Position numbers and translations under genes: made by a program. The notes under the pieces are model-generated. The model made no database searches and had not been told where the DNA came from. It was given only the letters and a program-made list of their open reading frames with translations. From a virus: a stretch of 64,000 nt of DNA. The stretch lies in the IMG/VR virus record IMGVR_UViG_3300045988_112022, one strand, 5' to 3'. Positions 15,088 through 24,452 of this stretch are shown piece by piece (position 1 is the stretch's first letter; every line of letters starts with the position of its first letter).

Positions 15088-18000
15088 ATGATTGATTTCA
15101 TGAAGATTTCGACGCGCCAAGTGAAAAAGGGTGTCACCGAGATATTCCCTAAATTTGTTCTGAAGAAATCGTCGGATCTCATGATACGGGGCGGCGATTT
15201 CTATGCTGTTTGGAATGAAGATACTGGTCTCTGGTCTACTGACGAAGAAGACGTGATCAACATGATTGATGCCGCATTATATGAATATACGAAAAAACAG
15301 GAAGAACACGCGATTGATGAACTTAACACAAAATATATGTGGGATTCAAATTCCGGTTCTATAGACGCCTGGCATAAATATTGCCAAAAGCAGATGCGAG
15401 ACAACTATCATCCACTAGACGAGAAAATTATATTTGGTGATACCAAGACGACCAAAAAGGATTACGCCAGTCGAACGCTCAGTTATCCGCTGAGAGAATG
15501 TGATATTTCAGGATACGAAAGGCTTATGTCTACTTTATATTCTCCGGAAGAGCGAAAGAAAATCGAATGGGCCATCGGCGCAGTTATCGAAGGGGATTCC
15601 AAGAATATTCAAAAATTTATGGTTCTTTATGGTTCTGCGGGAACCGGTAAATCAACAGTCTTAAATATTATACAGCAGTTATTTGAGGGTTATTATTCGG
15701 TCTTTGACGCTAAGGCGTTGGGATCGGCTAATAACTCTTTTGCGTTAGAGGCGTTTAAAGCAAATCCGCTTATCGCAATTCAACATGATGGAGATTTATC
15801 CAAAATTGAGGATAACACTCGATTAAACAGTCTTGTATCTCATGAACTTATGACTGTAAATGAGAAGTTTAAATCTACTTATGCGAATAGATTTAACGCT
15901 TTCTTATTTATGGGAACCAATAAGCCGGTAAAGATTACGGACAGCAAATCTGGTTTACTCAGACGATTGATCGATGTCACGCCATCCGGCAATAAACTCG
16001 ACCAGAGAGAATATTCAGATTGTATGGATAAAATCCCTTTTGAGCTTCCGGGAATTGCGTATCACTGTCATCAGGTATATTTGGCGAATAAACATGTGTA
16101 CGATTCATACGTTCCGACGCTGATGATGGGTGCTACGAACGATTTCTATAATTTCATGATTGATTCATTCAGTGTGTTTAAAAAGAATGACGGAACGACT
16201 CTCAAAACTGCCTGGGAGATGTATAAGGTGTATTGCGACGAGACCAAGGTACCGTATCCATATTCTCAGAGAGTGTTCAAAGAAGAGCTTAGGAATTATT
16301 TCTGGAATTTCGACGAGGAATTTGACAGTGAATCTCAGGCTCGGAATGTATATTCAGGGTTCCGACTTGATAAATTCGAGAAGGATATGAGGAGTGAGAA
16401 GAAAGATGATGGAGAGAAGACGAAAGGCACTATTGAATTTATGGAGGGAATATCTTCAAAATTCGATATCCTTGCGGGAGATTATTTGGCTCAATACGCC
16501 AATGAAAAGGAAACCCCTACCAAACCATGGGATGTTGTTACCACGAGGTTACACGACATCAATGTTCATAAATTACATTATGTCAAGGTTCCAGAGAATC
16601 ATATAGTCATTGATTTTGATATTAAGGATGAATCCGGTAATAAATCATTCGAGAAAAATCTGGCTGCAGCAAGCAAATGGCCGGCTACATATGCTGAGTT
16701 AAGTAAAAGTGGCGCAGGGATTCACCTTCATTATATTTATGATGGCGATTCAACACTGCTCAACCGTCTTTACGACAAAGACATTGAAATAAAGGTATTC
16801 ACAGGAAAAAGTTCACTCAGGAGAAAGCTTACAAAATGCAATGATTTACCTATTGCACATATTAGCTCAGGACTTCCTTTGAAGGAGGAAGGAAAAAAAG
16901 TGATAAATATTGAAGGATTTAAAAACGAACAGAGTCTCAGAACTACCATAAAAAGAAATCTCGAAAAAGAATATCATCACGACACTCGAAGTAGTGTTGA
17001 TTTTATCAATAAGCTTCTCAATGATGCTTATGCCAGCGACAAAGCATATGATGTATCCGATATGAGAAATGCTGTATATTCTTTCGCAGCCCAAAGCACC
17101 AATCAGGCTGATTATTGTCTGAGACTTGTAAGCAAAATGAAATTTAAATCTGAAGAACCGGCGGTAGCGCTCACAAACGATGAGAAGCCGCTGGTTTTTT
17201 ATGATTGCGAGGTATTTCCTAACTTGTTCCTGGTTAACTGGAAAGTACAGGGAGAGGGAAAGCCTATCGTAAGGCTGATAAATCCACGACCGCAGGACAT
17301 TGAAGAACTTATCAAATTCCGGTTGGTAGGATTTAATTGTCGTAGATATGATAATCATATGTTATATGCTTGTATGATGGGGTATACGAACGAGCAGCTG
17401 TATGATTTATCCCAGAAAATTGTAAATACGAAAAAAGGCGACAGTCGAAAGGTATTGTTCGGCGAGGCGTACAATATTTCATATACTGATATTTATGATT
17501 TCGCTTCTGCGGGTAACAAAAAGAGCTTGAAAAAACTTGAGATCGAAATGGGGATTCACCATCAGGAGCTTGGACTTCCGTGGGACAAGCCTGTGCCTAA
17601 AGAATTATGGCAGAAAGTAGCGGAGTATTGTGATAACGATGTCCTGGCGACGGAAGCTGCATGGGATTACCTGAAAAGTGATTTTATTGCAAGAGAGATT
17701 CTGGCTGATCTGGCCGGATTGACTGTGAACGACACCACCAATACTCTGACTCAGAGATTTATATTTGGTAATAATAAGCATCCTCAGAACGAGTTTCAGT
17801 ATCGTAACTTGGCTGAGCCTGTATATGAGTTAGATCCGGAAGTAAAGGCCTTCCTTGAGAAATCCTGTAGGGAAATGATGGCCGAACCTCACGGAGAAGC
17901 CTGCAGCTTGTTGCCATATTTTCCGGGCTACAAATACGAAAATGGTGTTTCTACATATCGTGGAGAAGAAGTTGGCGAGGGCGGTTATGTATACGCCGAA

Positions 18001-19311
18001 CCAGGCATGTATGGAAACGTAGCGTTGCTGGATATCGCTTCAATGCACCCACACAGCACCATTGCTGAATGTCTGTTTGGAGTCAGATACACAACAGCAT
18101 ATAGAGAAATTGTCGAGGGACGTGTATCTATCAAACATGAGGCCTGGGATATTGTCAATGATATGCTTGGCGGTAAACTTACGAAACATATCGAGAGGGT
18201 TAAGAATGGCGAGTTGACATCCGAAGATCTTGCTAACGCACTCAAGACTGCAATCAACTCGGTATATGGCCTTACATCAGCTAACTTCGACAATCCGTTC
18301 AGGGATATTCGTAACAAAGATAATATCGTTGCCAAACGTGGCGCGCTGTTTATGGTGGATCTTAAACATGAGGTACAGAAGAGAGGATTTACTGTTGCTC
18401 ATATCAAGACAGATTCCATTAAGATTCCGGATGCTACACCGGAGATTATCAAATTCGTCATGGACTTTGGTAAGCGGTATGGCTACACATTTGAGCATGA
18501 GGCTACTTACGATCGAATGTGTCTCGTAAATAATGCGGTTTATATTGCTAAGTATAAAGACCCAGATGAGTGTGTGGCTATGTATGGATATGCTCCAGGC
18601 GATAATAAGAAACATAAGAATAATCCATGGACAGCTACCGGCAAGCAGTTTGCGGTTCCTTATGTATTCAAGACTTGTTTCAGCCGGGAACCAGTAACAA
18701 TCAATGATATGAGAGAAACTTTCTCAGTGAAATCGGCTTTATATTTGGATATGAATGAGAAATTACCGGACGTATCTGAATACGAGAAGAAACTTGAGAA
18801 GTTGGAATCCGACTACAAGAAAGGCAAAATCTCAGATACCACGTTTGAACCGGAAGCTGGCGTACTGCAGGAGCTGATCAATGATGGTCATGACCGTAAA
18901 TTCGTTGGTAAAGTCGGAGAATTCTGTCCGGTTAAACCTGGCAAGGGCGGTGGCATTCTCGTCAGAGAGCAGAATGGTAAATTCTACGCGGCTACCGGCA
19001 CTACCGGATTCAGATGGCTTGAGGCAGAAATGCTGTTGAAGAAAACCGCAGAGATGGCGACGATTATCGATCCGGATACTGGAAAAGAGAAAAAGATATC
19101 TGGAGCAGAGCTGATTACTGGCAACGACGGTATTATCGACCGATCATATTATGACAAACTCGTTAATGACGCCATCGAATCTATTTCTAAATATGGTGAT
19201 TATGAATGGTTTATATCTGAAGATCCGTATATTCCTAAAGAAAAACCATTACCGGATTTTATGAATATTCCAGAAGGCACCGATGAAGAGGTAGAGTTAC
19301 CTTGGAATTGA
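15088..19311 (+). CDS. Fusion replicase: SF3 (D5-like) helicase + archaeo-eukaryotic primase-like domain + family-B DNA polymerase with 3'-5' exonuclease
   Basis: Walker A GSAGTGKST (~15631). AEP-like VIDFDIKDE (~16606) and SGAGIHLHY (~16708). ExoI FYDCEVF, ExoII GFNCRRYDNHML, ExoIII YCDNDVLAT. PolB motif A LLDIASMHPHS, motif B KTAINSVYG (~18244), motif C KTDS (~18406). Confidence 0.85.
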   Translation: MIDFMKISTRQVKKGVTEIFPKFVLKKSSDLMIRGGDFYAVWNEDTGLWSTDEEDVINMIDAALYEYTKKQEEHAIDELNTKYMWDSNSGSIDAWHKYCQKQMRDNYHPLDEKIIFGDTKTTKKDYASRTLSYPLRECDISGYERLMSTLYSPEERKKIEWAIGAVIEGDSKNIQKFMVLYGSAGTGKSTVLNIIQQLFEGYYSVFDAKALGSANNSFALEAFKANPLIAIQHDGDLSKIEDNTRLNSLVSHELMTVNEKFKSTYANRFNAFLFMGTNKPVKITDSKSGLLRRLIDVTPSGNKLDQREYSDCMDKIPFELPGIAYHCHQVYLANKHVYDSYVPTLMMGATNDFYNFMIDSFSVFKKNDGTTLKTAWEMYKVYCDETKVPYPYSQRVFKEELRNYFWNFDEEFDSESQARNVYSGFRLDKFEKDMRSEKKDDGEKTKGTIEFMEGISSKFDILAGDYLAQYANEKETPTKPWDVVTTRLHDINVHKLHYVKVPENHIVIDFDIKDESGNKSFEKNLAAASKWPATYAELSKSGAGIHLHYIYDGDSTLLNRLYDKDIEIKVFTGKSSLRRKLTKCNDLPIAHISSGLPLKEEGKKVINIEGFKNEQSLRTTIKRNLEKEYHHDTRSSVDFINKLLNDAYASDKAYDVSDMRNAVYSFAAQSTNQADYCLRLVSKMKFKSEEPAVALTNDEKPLVFYDCEVFPNLFLVNWKVQGEGKPIVRLINPRPQDIEELIKFRLVGFNCRRYDNHMLYACMMGYTNEQLYDLSQKIVNTKKGDSRKVLFGEAYNISYTDIYDFASAGNKKSLKKLEIEMGIHHQELGLPWDKPVPKELWQKVAEYCDNDVLATEAAWDYLKSDFIAREILADLAGLTVNDTTNTLTQRFIFGNNKHPQNEFQYRNLAEPVYELDPEVKAFLEKSCREMMAEPHGEACSLLPYFPGYKYENGVSTYRGEEVGEGGYVYAEPGMYGNVALLDIASMHPHSTIAECLFGVRYTTAYREIVEGRVSIKHEAWDIVNDMLGGKLTKHIERVKNGELTSEDLANALKTAINSVYGLTSANFDNPFRDIRNKDNIVAKRGALFMVDLKHEVQKRGFTVAHIKTDSIKIPDATPEIIKFVMDFGKRYGYTFEHEATYDRMCLVNNAVYIAKYKDPDECVAMYGYAPGDNKKHKNNPWTATGKQFAVPYVFKTCFSREPVTINDMRETFSVKSALYLDMNEKLPDVSEYEKKLEKLESDYKKGKISDTTFEPEAGVLQELINDGHDRKFVGKVGEFCPVKPGKGGGILVREQNGKFYAATGTTGFRWLEAEMLLKKTAEMATIIDPDTGKEKKISGAELITGNDGIIDRSYYDKLVNDAIESISKYGDYEWFISEDPYIPKEKPLPDFMNIPEGTDEEVELPWN
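17599..17661 (+). repeat. Copy 1 of a 63-nt repeat (PolB ExoIII motif coding segment)
   Basis: Matches 20638-20700 at 56 of 63 positions by hand alignment. Confidence 0.8.
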
Positions 19312-19313
19312 TA

Positions 19314-19341
19314 TTCGCGGAGAAATCCTTTCCTGTTATGA
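19314..19341 (+). promoter_or_regulatory. Conserved phage element copy (TTCGCG-N15-GTTATGA)
   Basis: TTCGCGGAGAAATCCTTTCCTGTTATGA followed by AAGGAG. Confidence 0.5.
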
Positions 19342-19354
19342 AAGGAGTGATTTT

Positions 19355-19558
19355 ATGAAGCATTATTTAAAATCCAAAGATGGTGAGATTAAATACACAG
19401 TGGACATGTATTGTGAACATCCGAATATGAAAAACAATAACACGGAAAGTGTTGGATGTAACGGTGCTTGCAGTGAATGTAAATATGGTATGGCGACCTT
19501 ATCACTAAAGGATTTCTATGAAATAATGAAGTACGCGAAAATTGACTTCATTCAATAA
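19355..19558 (+). CDS. Cys-containing small protein
   Basis: AAAGGAG RBS; 67 aa. Confidence 0.6.
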   Translation: MKHYLKSKDGEIKYTVDMYCEHPNMKNNNTESVGCNGACSECKYGMATLSLKDFYEIMKYAKIDFIQ

Positions 19559-19566
19559 GCAAACTG

Positions 19567-19604
19567 AGAGTCTTGGCTAGAAATAGCTGAGGCTCTTTGT
19601 TTTA
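19567..19604 (+). terminator. Intrinsic terminator
   Basis: 13-bp stem AGAGTCTTGGCTA-GAAA-TAGCTGAGGCTCT (with G-U pairs) followed by TTGTTTTA. Confidence 0.55.
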
Positions 19605-19642
19605 TACAAAATTATATTTATTTAAAGGAGATTAAAAGAATT

Positions 19643-20122
19643 ATGGAACTGACATTTGCACCAAGAGACATTTTACAGATTAACGACGCAAGAATCATTT
19701 ACAGAAACCTCAGAGGAGAGGGGAGCAAATTCAATCGTGAGGGCGATCGCAACTTCGCTGTGGTTATTCCAAACCAGGAGCTCGCTGATGAACTTATCGA
19801 TCGTGGCTGGAATGTGAAAATCAAAGAGCCGAGAGACGAAGGCGAAGAGCCATTCAGATATCTCCCGGTTAAAGTGAAATTCAATGATCGTGGACCGCAG
19901 GTATATTTAGTATCCGGCGGAGCACATAGACATCTGGATGAAGAGCTTGTGTCCATGATTGATGAGATTGATATTCGCTCAGTCAATCTGGACGTAAGAC
20001 CATATGACTGGGAAGTAAATGGTAAAACTGGTCGTACTGCATATCTGCAGTCTATGGAGGTCATTCAGGAGATTGACAGATTTGCAGCAAGATATGCTGA
20101 GGAAGAAAGCCCAGAGGAGTGA
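19643..20122 (+). CDS. Putative ssDNA-binding protein (Gp2.5-like) with an acidic C-terminal tail
   Basis: AAAGGAG RBS. Sits in the replication module and ends in the acidic tail AEEESPEE. The fold assignment is a guess. Confidence 0.4.
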   Translation: MELTFAPRDILQINDARIIYRNLRGEGSKFNREGDRNFAVVIPNQELADELIDRGWNVKIKEPRDEGEEPFRYLPVKVKFNDRGPQVYLVSGGAHRHLDEELVSMIDEIDIRSVNLDVRPYDWEVNGKTGRTAYLQSMEVIQEIDRFAARYAEEESPEE

Positions 20123-20124
20123 AC

Positions 20125-20334
20125 ATGATCGTACGAGCATTCGAAGTCCGAGCACATAACAGGTATTTAGTATGTGATTTGGCAAGTAATTTGGACAAAG
20201 AATTACGGAATCTGCAGGAAGATGGCTGGAACATCATTTCAGTAACTGCAACGCCGGTTAAGGAATACTATTACCCAGATCACTTTGATTCAACGTTATT
20301 CACAATAGTTGCGTCTAAGAATGAAGATAAATGA
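20125..20334 (+). CDS. Hypothetical protein
   Basis: GAGGAG RBS before ATG 20125. Confidence 0.55.
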   Translation: MIVRAFEVRAHNRYLVCDLASNLDKELRNLQEDGWNIISVTATPVKEYYYPDHFDSTLFTIVASKNEDK

Positions 20335-20347
20335 GGGAGTGATATTT

Positions 20348-20491
20348 ATGAGTGACGGAGCAAAAATTGTTATAGCCGGAATCATGGCTTATACAATATA
20401 TAGAGTCGCAGGAAAGTGTACGGACGCTAGGATTGCAATTGCAGCTATGAGATGCGGAGTTACTATGAAATTGGAAGAAAAGGAGAAATGA
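20348..20491 (+). CDS. 47-aa membrane peptide
   Basis: GAGGGAG RBS before ATG 20348; hydrophobic helix. Confidence 0.45.
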   Translation: MSDGAKIVIAGIMAYTIYRVAGKCTDARIAIAAMRCGVTMKLEEKEK

Positions 20492-20493
20492 TT

Positions 20494-20976
20494 ATGAATA
20501 TTTATTGTGATTTATGTGCAAATAAAGACCGTAAGGAAACGTGCAGAACTTGTGTTAGTGGTATCCTTAACATGACAACAGACGGAGCTGAATATAGTTT
20601 ACCTTCGAAATTCTCAGTCATTATTAAGCCTGCGCCAAAAGAATTACGGCAGAAGGTAGCGGAGTACTGTGACAACGATGTCCTGGCGACTAAAGCTGCG
20701 TTCAACAAATTATTCGGAACAGGCCTTACGGTATCACCATATCAGAAGGCTATGTCCAGAATTAAAAATGTTATCTTCAATGATCCGGCTACAATTGTAT
20801 TTTGGAGTGATGGCACTAAGACCGTTGTAAAATGCGGTAAGGATGACACATTTGATCCGGAGAAAGGTCTGGCTATGGCGATTTCTAAATACTTCTTTGA
20901 TAATGCCGGATATTTCAATGATGTGTTTAAGAAGTGGATTCCTAAGAAAGGAGAAAGCGATGGAAAAGACCAGTGA
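20494..20976 (+). CDS. Chimeric-looking protein: Cys-rich N-terminus, embedded PolB ExoIII-like segment, conserved phage C-terminal domain
   Basis: AAGGAG RBS. CDLC..CRTC, then PKELRQKVAEYCDNDVLATKAA, then ATIVFWSDGTKTVVKCG..DPEKGLAMAISKYFF. Confidence 0.65.
   Translation: MNIYCDLCANKDRKETCRTCVSGILNMTTDGAEYSLPSKFSVIIKPAPKELRQKVAEYCDNDVLATKAAFNKLFGTGLTVSPYQKAMSRIKNVIFNDPATIVFWSDGTKTVVKCGKDDTFDPEKGLAMAISKYFFDNAGYFNDVFKKWIPKKGESDGKDQ
20638..20700 (+). repeat. Copy 2 of the 63-nt PolB ExoIII repeat
   Basis: Read in frame in both genes. Confidence 0.8.
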
Positions 20977-21142
20977 TTCATTAATTATAGGTTATGATTC
21001 ATCGGCGGGTAAGGACGGCACAGTTTTAATCGTGGGGCGTAAAAAACCCCGCGAAGCCGTCGATGTTATAAATGCTTTCGATGGAGAAGAAGCTCTTGAA
21101 CTTTATAAAAAGTTGATTACACCAAAGGCGAAAAATGAGTAA
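20960..21142 (+). CDS. Hypothetical 60-aa protein
   Basis: GGAGAAAG before ATG 20960; overlaps the upstream gene end. Confidence 0.45.
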   Translation: MEKTSDSLIIGYDSSAGKDGTVLIVGRKKPREAVDVINAFDGEEALELYKKLITPKAKNE

Positions 21143-22371
21143 TGACAGATTTCTTACGTAATTATCAAATGGCAGCTGTGCATAAAATGAAAAACGGCTG
21201 TATTCTCAACGGGGGGACTGGTTCTGGTAAATCTAGGACCGGTCTCTATTATTATTTCAAAGAGAATGGTGGTAGCTTCCTTAATCAAGAATTTATTCCG
21301 ATGAAAAATCCTCAGAATCTTTACATCATTACAACGGCAATGAAACGAGATTCTCATGAATGGGATAGTGAACTGGCGAATTATAGAATATCTACAAACC
21401 CAGATAAAAATGAATTATATCCAGGACAGACAGTAGTAATCGACTCTTGGAATAATATAAAGAAGTATATAGAAATAAAAGATGCGTTCTTTATATTTGA
21501 TGAGGATAGAGTTACAGGATCTGGTGAATGGGTAAAATCGTTTCAGAAAATCGCTAAAAACAACGACTGGATTATATTATCGGCAACTCCTGGCGATTGC
21601 TGGGCGGATTATATTCCGGTATTTGTGGCGAATGGGTTCTATAAAAATAAAACGGAATTTTGTAGAGAGCATGTGGTATATTCCAGATTTACCAAATATC
21701 CTCAGATAGACAGATATTTGAATGTAGGTAGACTAGTTAGACTGAGAAACAGAATACTGGTTGATATGGATTTTCAACGAACTACGGTACAGCATCATAT
21801 GGATGTATATGCGACTTATGATATTCCTAAATACAAAGATGCTATAAGAAATCGTTGGGACCCATTTAAAAACGAGCCTATTCAGCAGGCATCTGGTCTT
21901 TGCTATGTTCTCAGAAGGATTGTAAATACGGATGAGTCAAGGGTTGTAGCTCTTATGGAGATATTAGAAAAAACTCCAAGGGCTATTATATTTTACAATT
22001 TTGACTATGAAAGAGAAATATTATTGCATCTGTTTAGCGATGATGAATATATAGGTTACGAAGTAGCTGAATGGTCCGGACATGCTCATCAACCGGTACC
22101 ATATGCAGATAGATGGATATATTTGGTTCAGTACACTGCTGGATGTGAGGGATGGAACTGCATTAGTACAGATACTATCATATTCTTCTCTCAAAATTAC
22201 AGCTATAAAGTTACTGAGCAGGCGTGTGGACGAATAGATCGATTGAATACTCCATATCGCAATTTATATTTTTATCACATAAAGAGCAGATCTGGAATTG
22301 ATATGGCAATTACCAAAGCCTTAAATAAGAAGAAAAAATTCAACGAAAGGAAGTTTGCTGGATGGGGGTAA
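21142..22371 (+). CDS. SF2 (DEAD/SNF2-like) helicase
   Basis: GGTGSGKSR Walker A, IFDEDR motif II, LSATPG motif III, QACGRIDR motif VI. Confidence 0.8.
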   Translation: MTDFLRNYQMAAVHKMKNGCILNGGTGSGKSRTGLYYYFKENGGSFLNQEFIPMKNPQNLYIITTAMKRDSHEWDSELANYRISTNPDKNELYPGQTVVIDSWNNIKKYIEIKDAFFIFDEDRVTGSGEWVKSFQKIAKNNDWIILSATPGDCWADYIPVFVANGFYKNKTEFCREHVVYSRFTKYPQIDRYLNVGRLVRLRNRILVDMDFQRTTVQHHMDVYATYDIPKYKDAIRNRWDPFKNEPIQQASGLCYVLRRIVNTDESRVVALMEILEKTPRAIIFYNFDYEREILLHLFSDDEYIGYEVAEWSGHAHQPVPYADRWIYLVQYTAGCEGWNCISTDTIIFFSQNYSYKVTEQACGRIDRLNTPYRNLYFYHIKSRSGIDMAITKALNKKKKFNERKFAGWG

Positions 22372-22556
22372 AACTTGATCTAAATAAATTACACGCGATA
22401 ATCAATAGAATCGCGGCGGAAAATCATTTACCGCTTAATTATGATACGTTCAATGCTATTTGTAAAGGGTATGAGACTGGATATACACAGGCCTGCAATG
22501 ATGCAATAAAAATGATGGACGAGAAAGGACTTCTACCACAGAATGGAGACAAATGA
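22362..22556 (+). CDS. Hypothetical protein
   Basis: 64-aa ORF overlapping the helicase stop. Confidence 0.5.
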   Translation: MGVKLDLNKLHAIINRIAAENHLPLNYDTFNAICKGYETGYTQACNDAIKMMDEKGLLPQNGDK

Positions 22557-22725
22557 ATTCAAAGATGCTGTTATAGGTATTCCTAAAATTAAAAATGGTT
22601 CGCGGATCAGAATTGGCAGAGTCAGAACCTTGAATATTAACGTAGATCATCACTTCAACTGGTTTCAGAAGAGAATGATTAAATGGTGTTTCGGTTTTAC
22701 TGTGGAGGATTACAGTGAGGAATGA
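22543..22725 (+). CDS. Hypothetical protein
   Basis: 60-aa ORF; no clear RBS. Confidence 0.35.
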   Translation: METNEFKDAVIGIPKIKNGSRIRIGRVRTLNINVDHHFNWFQKRMIKWCFGFTVEDYSEE

Positions 22726-22751
22726 CGCGAAAATCACAACTCCTTTAATGA
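22724..22751 (+). promoter_or_regulatory. Conserved phage element copy (variant GACGCG-N15-TTAATGA)
   Basis: GACGCGAAAATCACAACTCCTTTAATGA followed by AAAGGAGG. Confidence 0.45.
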
Positions 22752-22768
22752 AAAGGAGGAATGGTGTT

Positions 22769-23023
22769 ATGACAGATTATGAATATTTATTTAGTATGAA
22801 CTTACAGGCTAAACTTAAAGAGAAGATTCAGGGAGCTATATATGTAAAAGTTAATGAAAACGACAGTCTGGTTATTAAGATCACAAGACGTGATGAAAAT
22901 AATTTTGATATGTCATTTACAGATTTTTCAAATAAATTCCTTAATGGATTTTCTACAGATTACGCAGCTTATGAGGTACAAAAAAAATATCAAAAATTTG
23001 TAATGAAACAATTTTTCAAATGA
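22769..23023 (+). CDS. Hypothetical protein
   Basis: AAAGGAGG RBS before ATG 22769. Confidence 0.6.
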   Translation: MTDYEYLFSMNLQAKLKEKIQGAIYVKVNENDSLVIKITRRDENNFDMSFTDFSNKFLNGFSTDYAAYEVQKKYQKFVMKQFFK

Positions 23024-23026
23024 GTT

Positions 23027-23062
23027 AAAAGGCTCGGCGGAAACGTCGGGTCTTTTATTTTT
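23027..23062 (+). terminator. Intrinsic terminator
   Basis: AAAGGCTCGGCG-GAAA-CGTCGGGTCTTT followed by TATTTTT. Confidence 0.55.
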
Positions 23063-23082
23063 ATGAATAAGGAGAGATTCAA

Positions 23083-23556
23083 ATGCTGGCCAGAAGATAC
23101 GAAACCAGACTTGACGAAGACGGATTAATCACATTTGAAAAAGTTTGGTCGAAAAGAATTAACATTCATGTCGAGAAAAATGAATTCAAACATCCTGAGC
23201 ATATTTATGAATTATGTAAAGCTCTTCGATTAGACACTTACTCAGAGGAGCATGTGTTTTTGCTCATGTTTGATACAAAAATGCACTTCAAATCTTTCAT
23301 TGAGATTGGCGTTGGAGATGTTTCTGCAAGCGTTGTCGACAAGCGTGGAATAGCACAGAAGGTTCTCATATTTAACGCAACGGCATTTGTTTTAGTTCAT
23401 AATCATCCTTCAGGGGATTCAACACCTAGTGTAGTAGACATTGCAACGGCTAAAACAATTTCAGAGCTTGGCGATTTAATTGGTATTCCATTTAAAGACA
23501 TGATAATTCTTGGTGATGACAACTATACCAGTTTAAAACAGGAAGGATACTTTTAG
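23083..23556 (+). CDS. RadC-like JAB/MPN domain protein
   Basis: VLVHNHPSGDSTPSVVDIATAK...DMIILG matches the JAMM HxHPSG..PS..D signature of RadC. Confidence 0.75.
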   Translation: MLARRYETRLDEDGLITFEKVWSKRINIHVEKNEFKHPEHIYELCKALRLDTYSEEHVFLLMFDTKMHFKSFIEIGVGDVSASVVDKRGIAQKVLIFNATAFVLVHNHPSGDSTPSVVDIATAKTISELGDLIGIPFKDMIILGDDNYTSLKQEGYF

Positions 23557-23569
23557 GAGGTGTTTTCAT

Positions 23570-24061
23570 GTGAACTATCATAACATAACTACTGATGATA
23601 TGCGGAACGGCGATGGGCTGCGGACAGTGCTCTGGGTGGCCGGATGCAATCATCATTGTAAAGGGTGTCAAAACCCTGTGACTTGGAATCCACATGACGG
23701 ATTGATATTTGACGTTGAGGCTGAGCAGGAATTATATAGCAAAGTAAATAAGTCTTATATCAGTGGTGTCACTTTTTCTGGAGGAGATCCTTTATATCCG
23801 GAGAATAGGGACACCATTTTTCATTTGGCAAAATACATCAAAAAATATATGCCCGGTAAGACTGTTTGGTTGTATACCGGATATTTATGGGAAGAAATTC
23901 GAGATCTACCTGGTATGAAATGGATTGATATTTTGGTAGATGGAGAATTCGTAGATGAGCTTTCCGATGTCACTTATCACTGGGCTGGCAGTACAAATCA
24001 GAGGGTGATCGATGTACAGGAGAGTTTAAGAACGGGGACGGTTGTTTTGAAAGGAGAGTAA
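23570..24061 (+). CDS. nrdG: Anaerobic ribonucleoside-triphosphate reductase activating protein (radical SAM)
   Basis: GTG start 9 nt after AGGAGG. DMRNGDGLRTVLWVAGCNHHCKGCQNPVTW cluster motif, GGDPL, TGY. Confidence 0.8.
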   Translation: MNYHNITTDDMRNGDGLRTVLWVAGCNHHCKGCQNPVTWNPHDGLIFDVEAEQELYSKVNKSYISGVTFSGGDPLYPENRDTIFHLAKYIKKYMPGKTVWLYTGYLWEEIRDLPGMKWIDILVDGEFVDELSDVTYHWAGSTNQRVIDVQESLRTGTVVLKGE

Positions 24062-24064
24062 ACT

Positions 24065-24256
24065 GTGTTTGCAACATATTGTGTCGCATTTTGCATAATC
24101 GTTGCGATTTTTGTGATTAGTTTCGTTTTTTCATGGCTTATTGGTATTACAACCAACGATGATATCGATGAAAACATATTCTTCGCATGGGTATTATCAT
24201 CTATCGGCTTTGGAATTTGTTTAACTTATATCCTGTTTAATCGCGGAATTATATAA
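24065..24256 (+). CDS. Two-TM small membrane protein
   Basis: GTG start; 63 aa, strongly hydrophobic. Confidence 0.5.
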   Translation: MFATYCVAFCIIVAIFVISFVFSWLIGITTNDDIDENIFFAWVLSSIGFGICLTYILFNRGII

Positions 24257-24273
24257 AAGGAGAGGAGAGTAGA

Positions 24274-24438
24274 ATGAACGTAACAATTGGATGGATTTTG
24301 CTGTTAATCACCATGAGTGTATTCATAACTTTTGTATTCGGATATGATTTGGATCTTAAAGATAAGATTATATGTATCGTGGGAACGGATACTCTTGTTA
24401 TCTTACTCGCAGTTGGTGTGTATTTGATAGCTGGATAG
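24274..24438 (+). CDS. 54-aa two-TM membrane peptide (below the ORF-track cutoff)
   Basis: AAAGGAGAGGAG RBS. MNVTIGWILLLITMSVFITFVFGY...LVILLAVGVYLIAG. Confidence 0.5.
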   Translation: MNVTIGWILLLITMSVFITFVFGYDLDLKDKIICIVGTDTLVILLAVGVYLIAG

Positions 24439-24452
24439 AACAGGAGGAGCAA

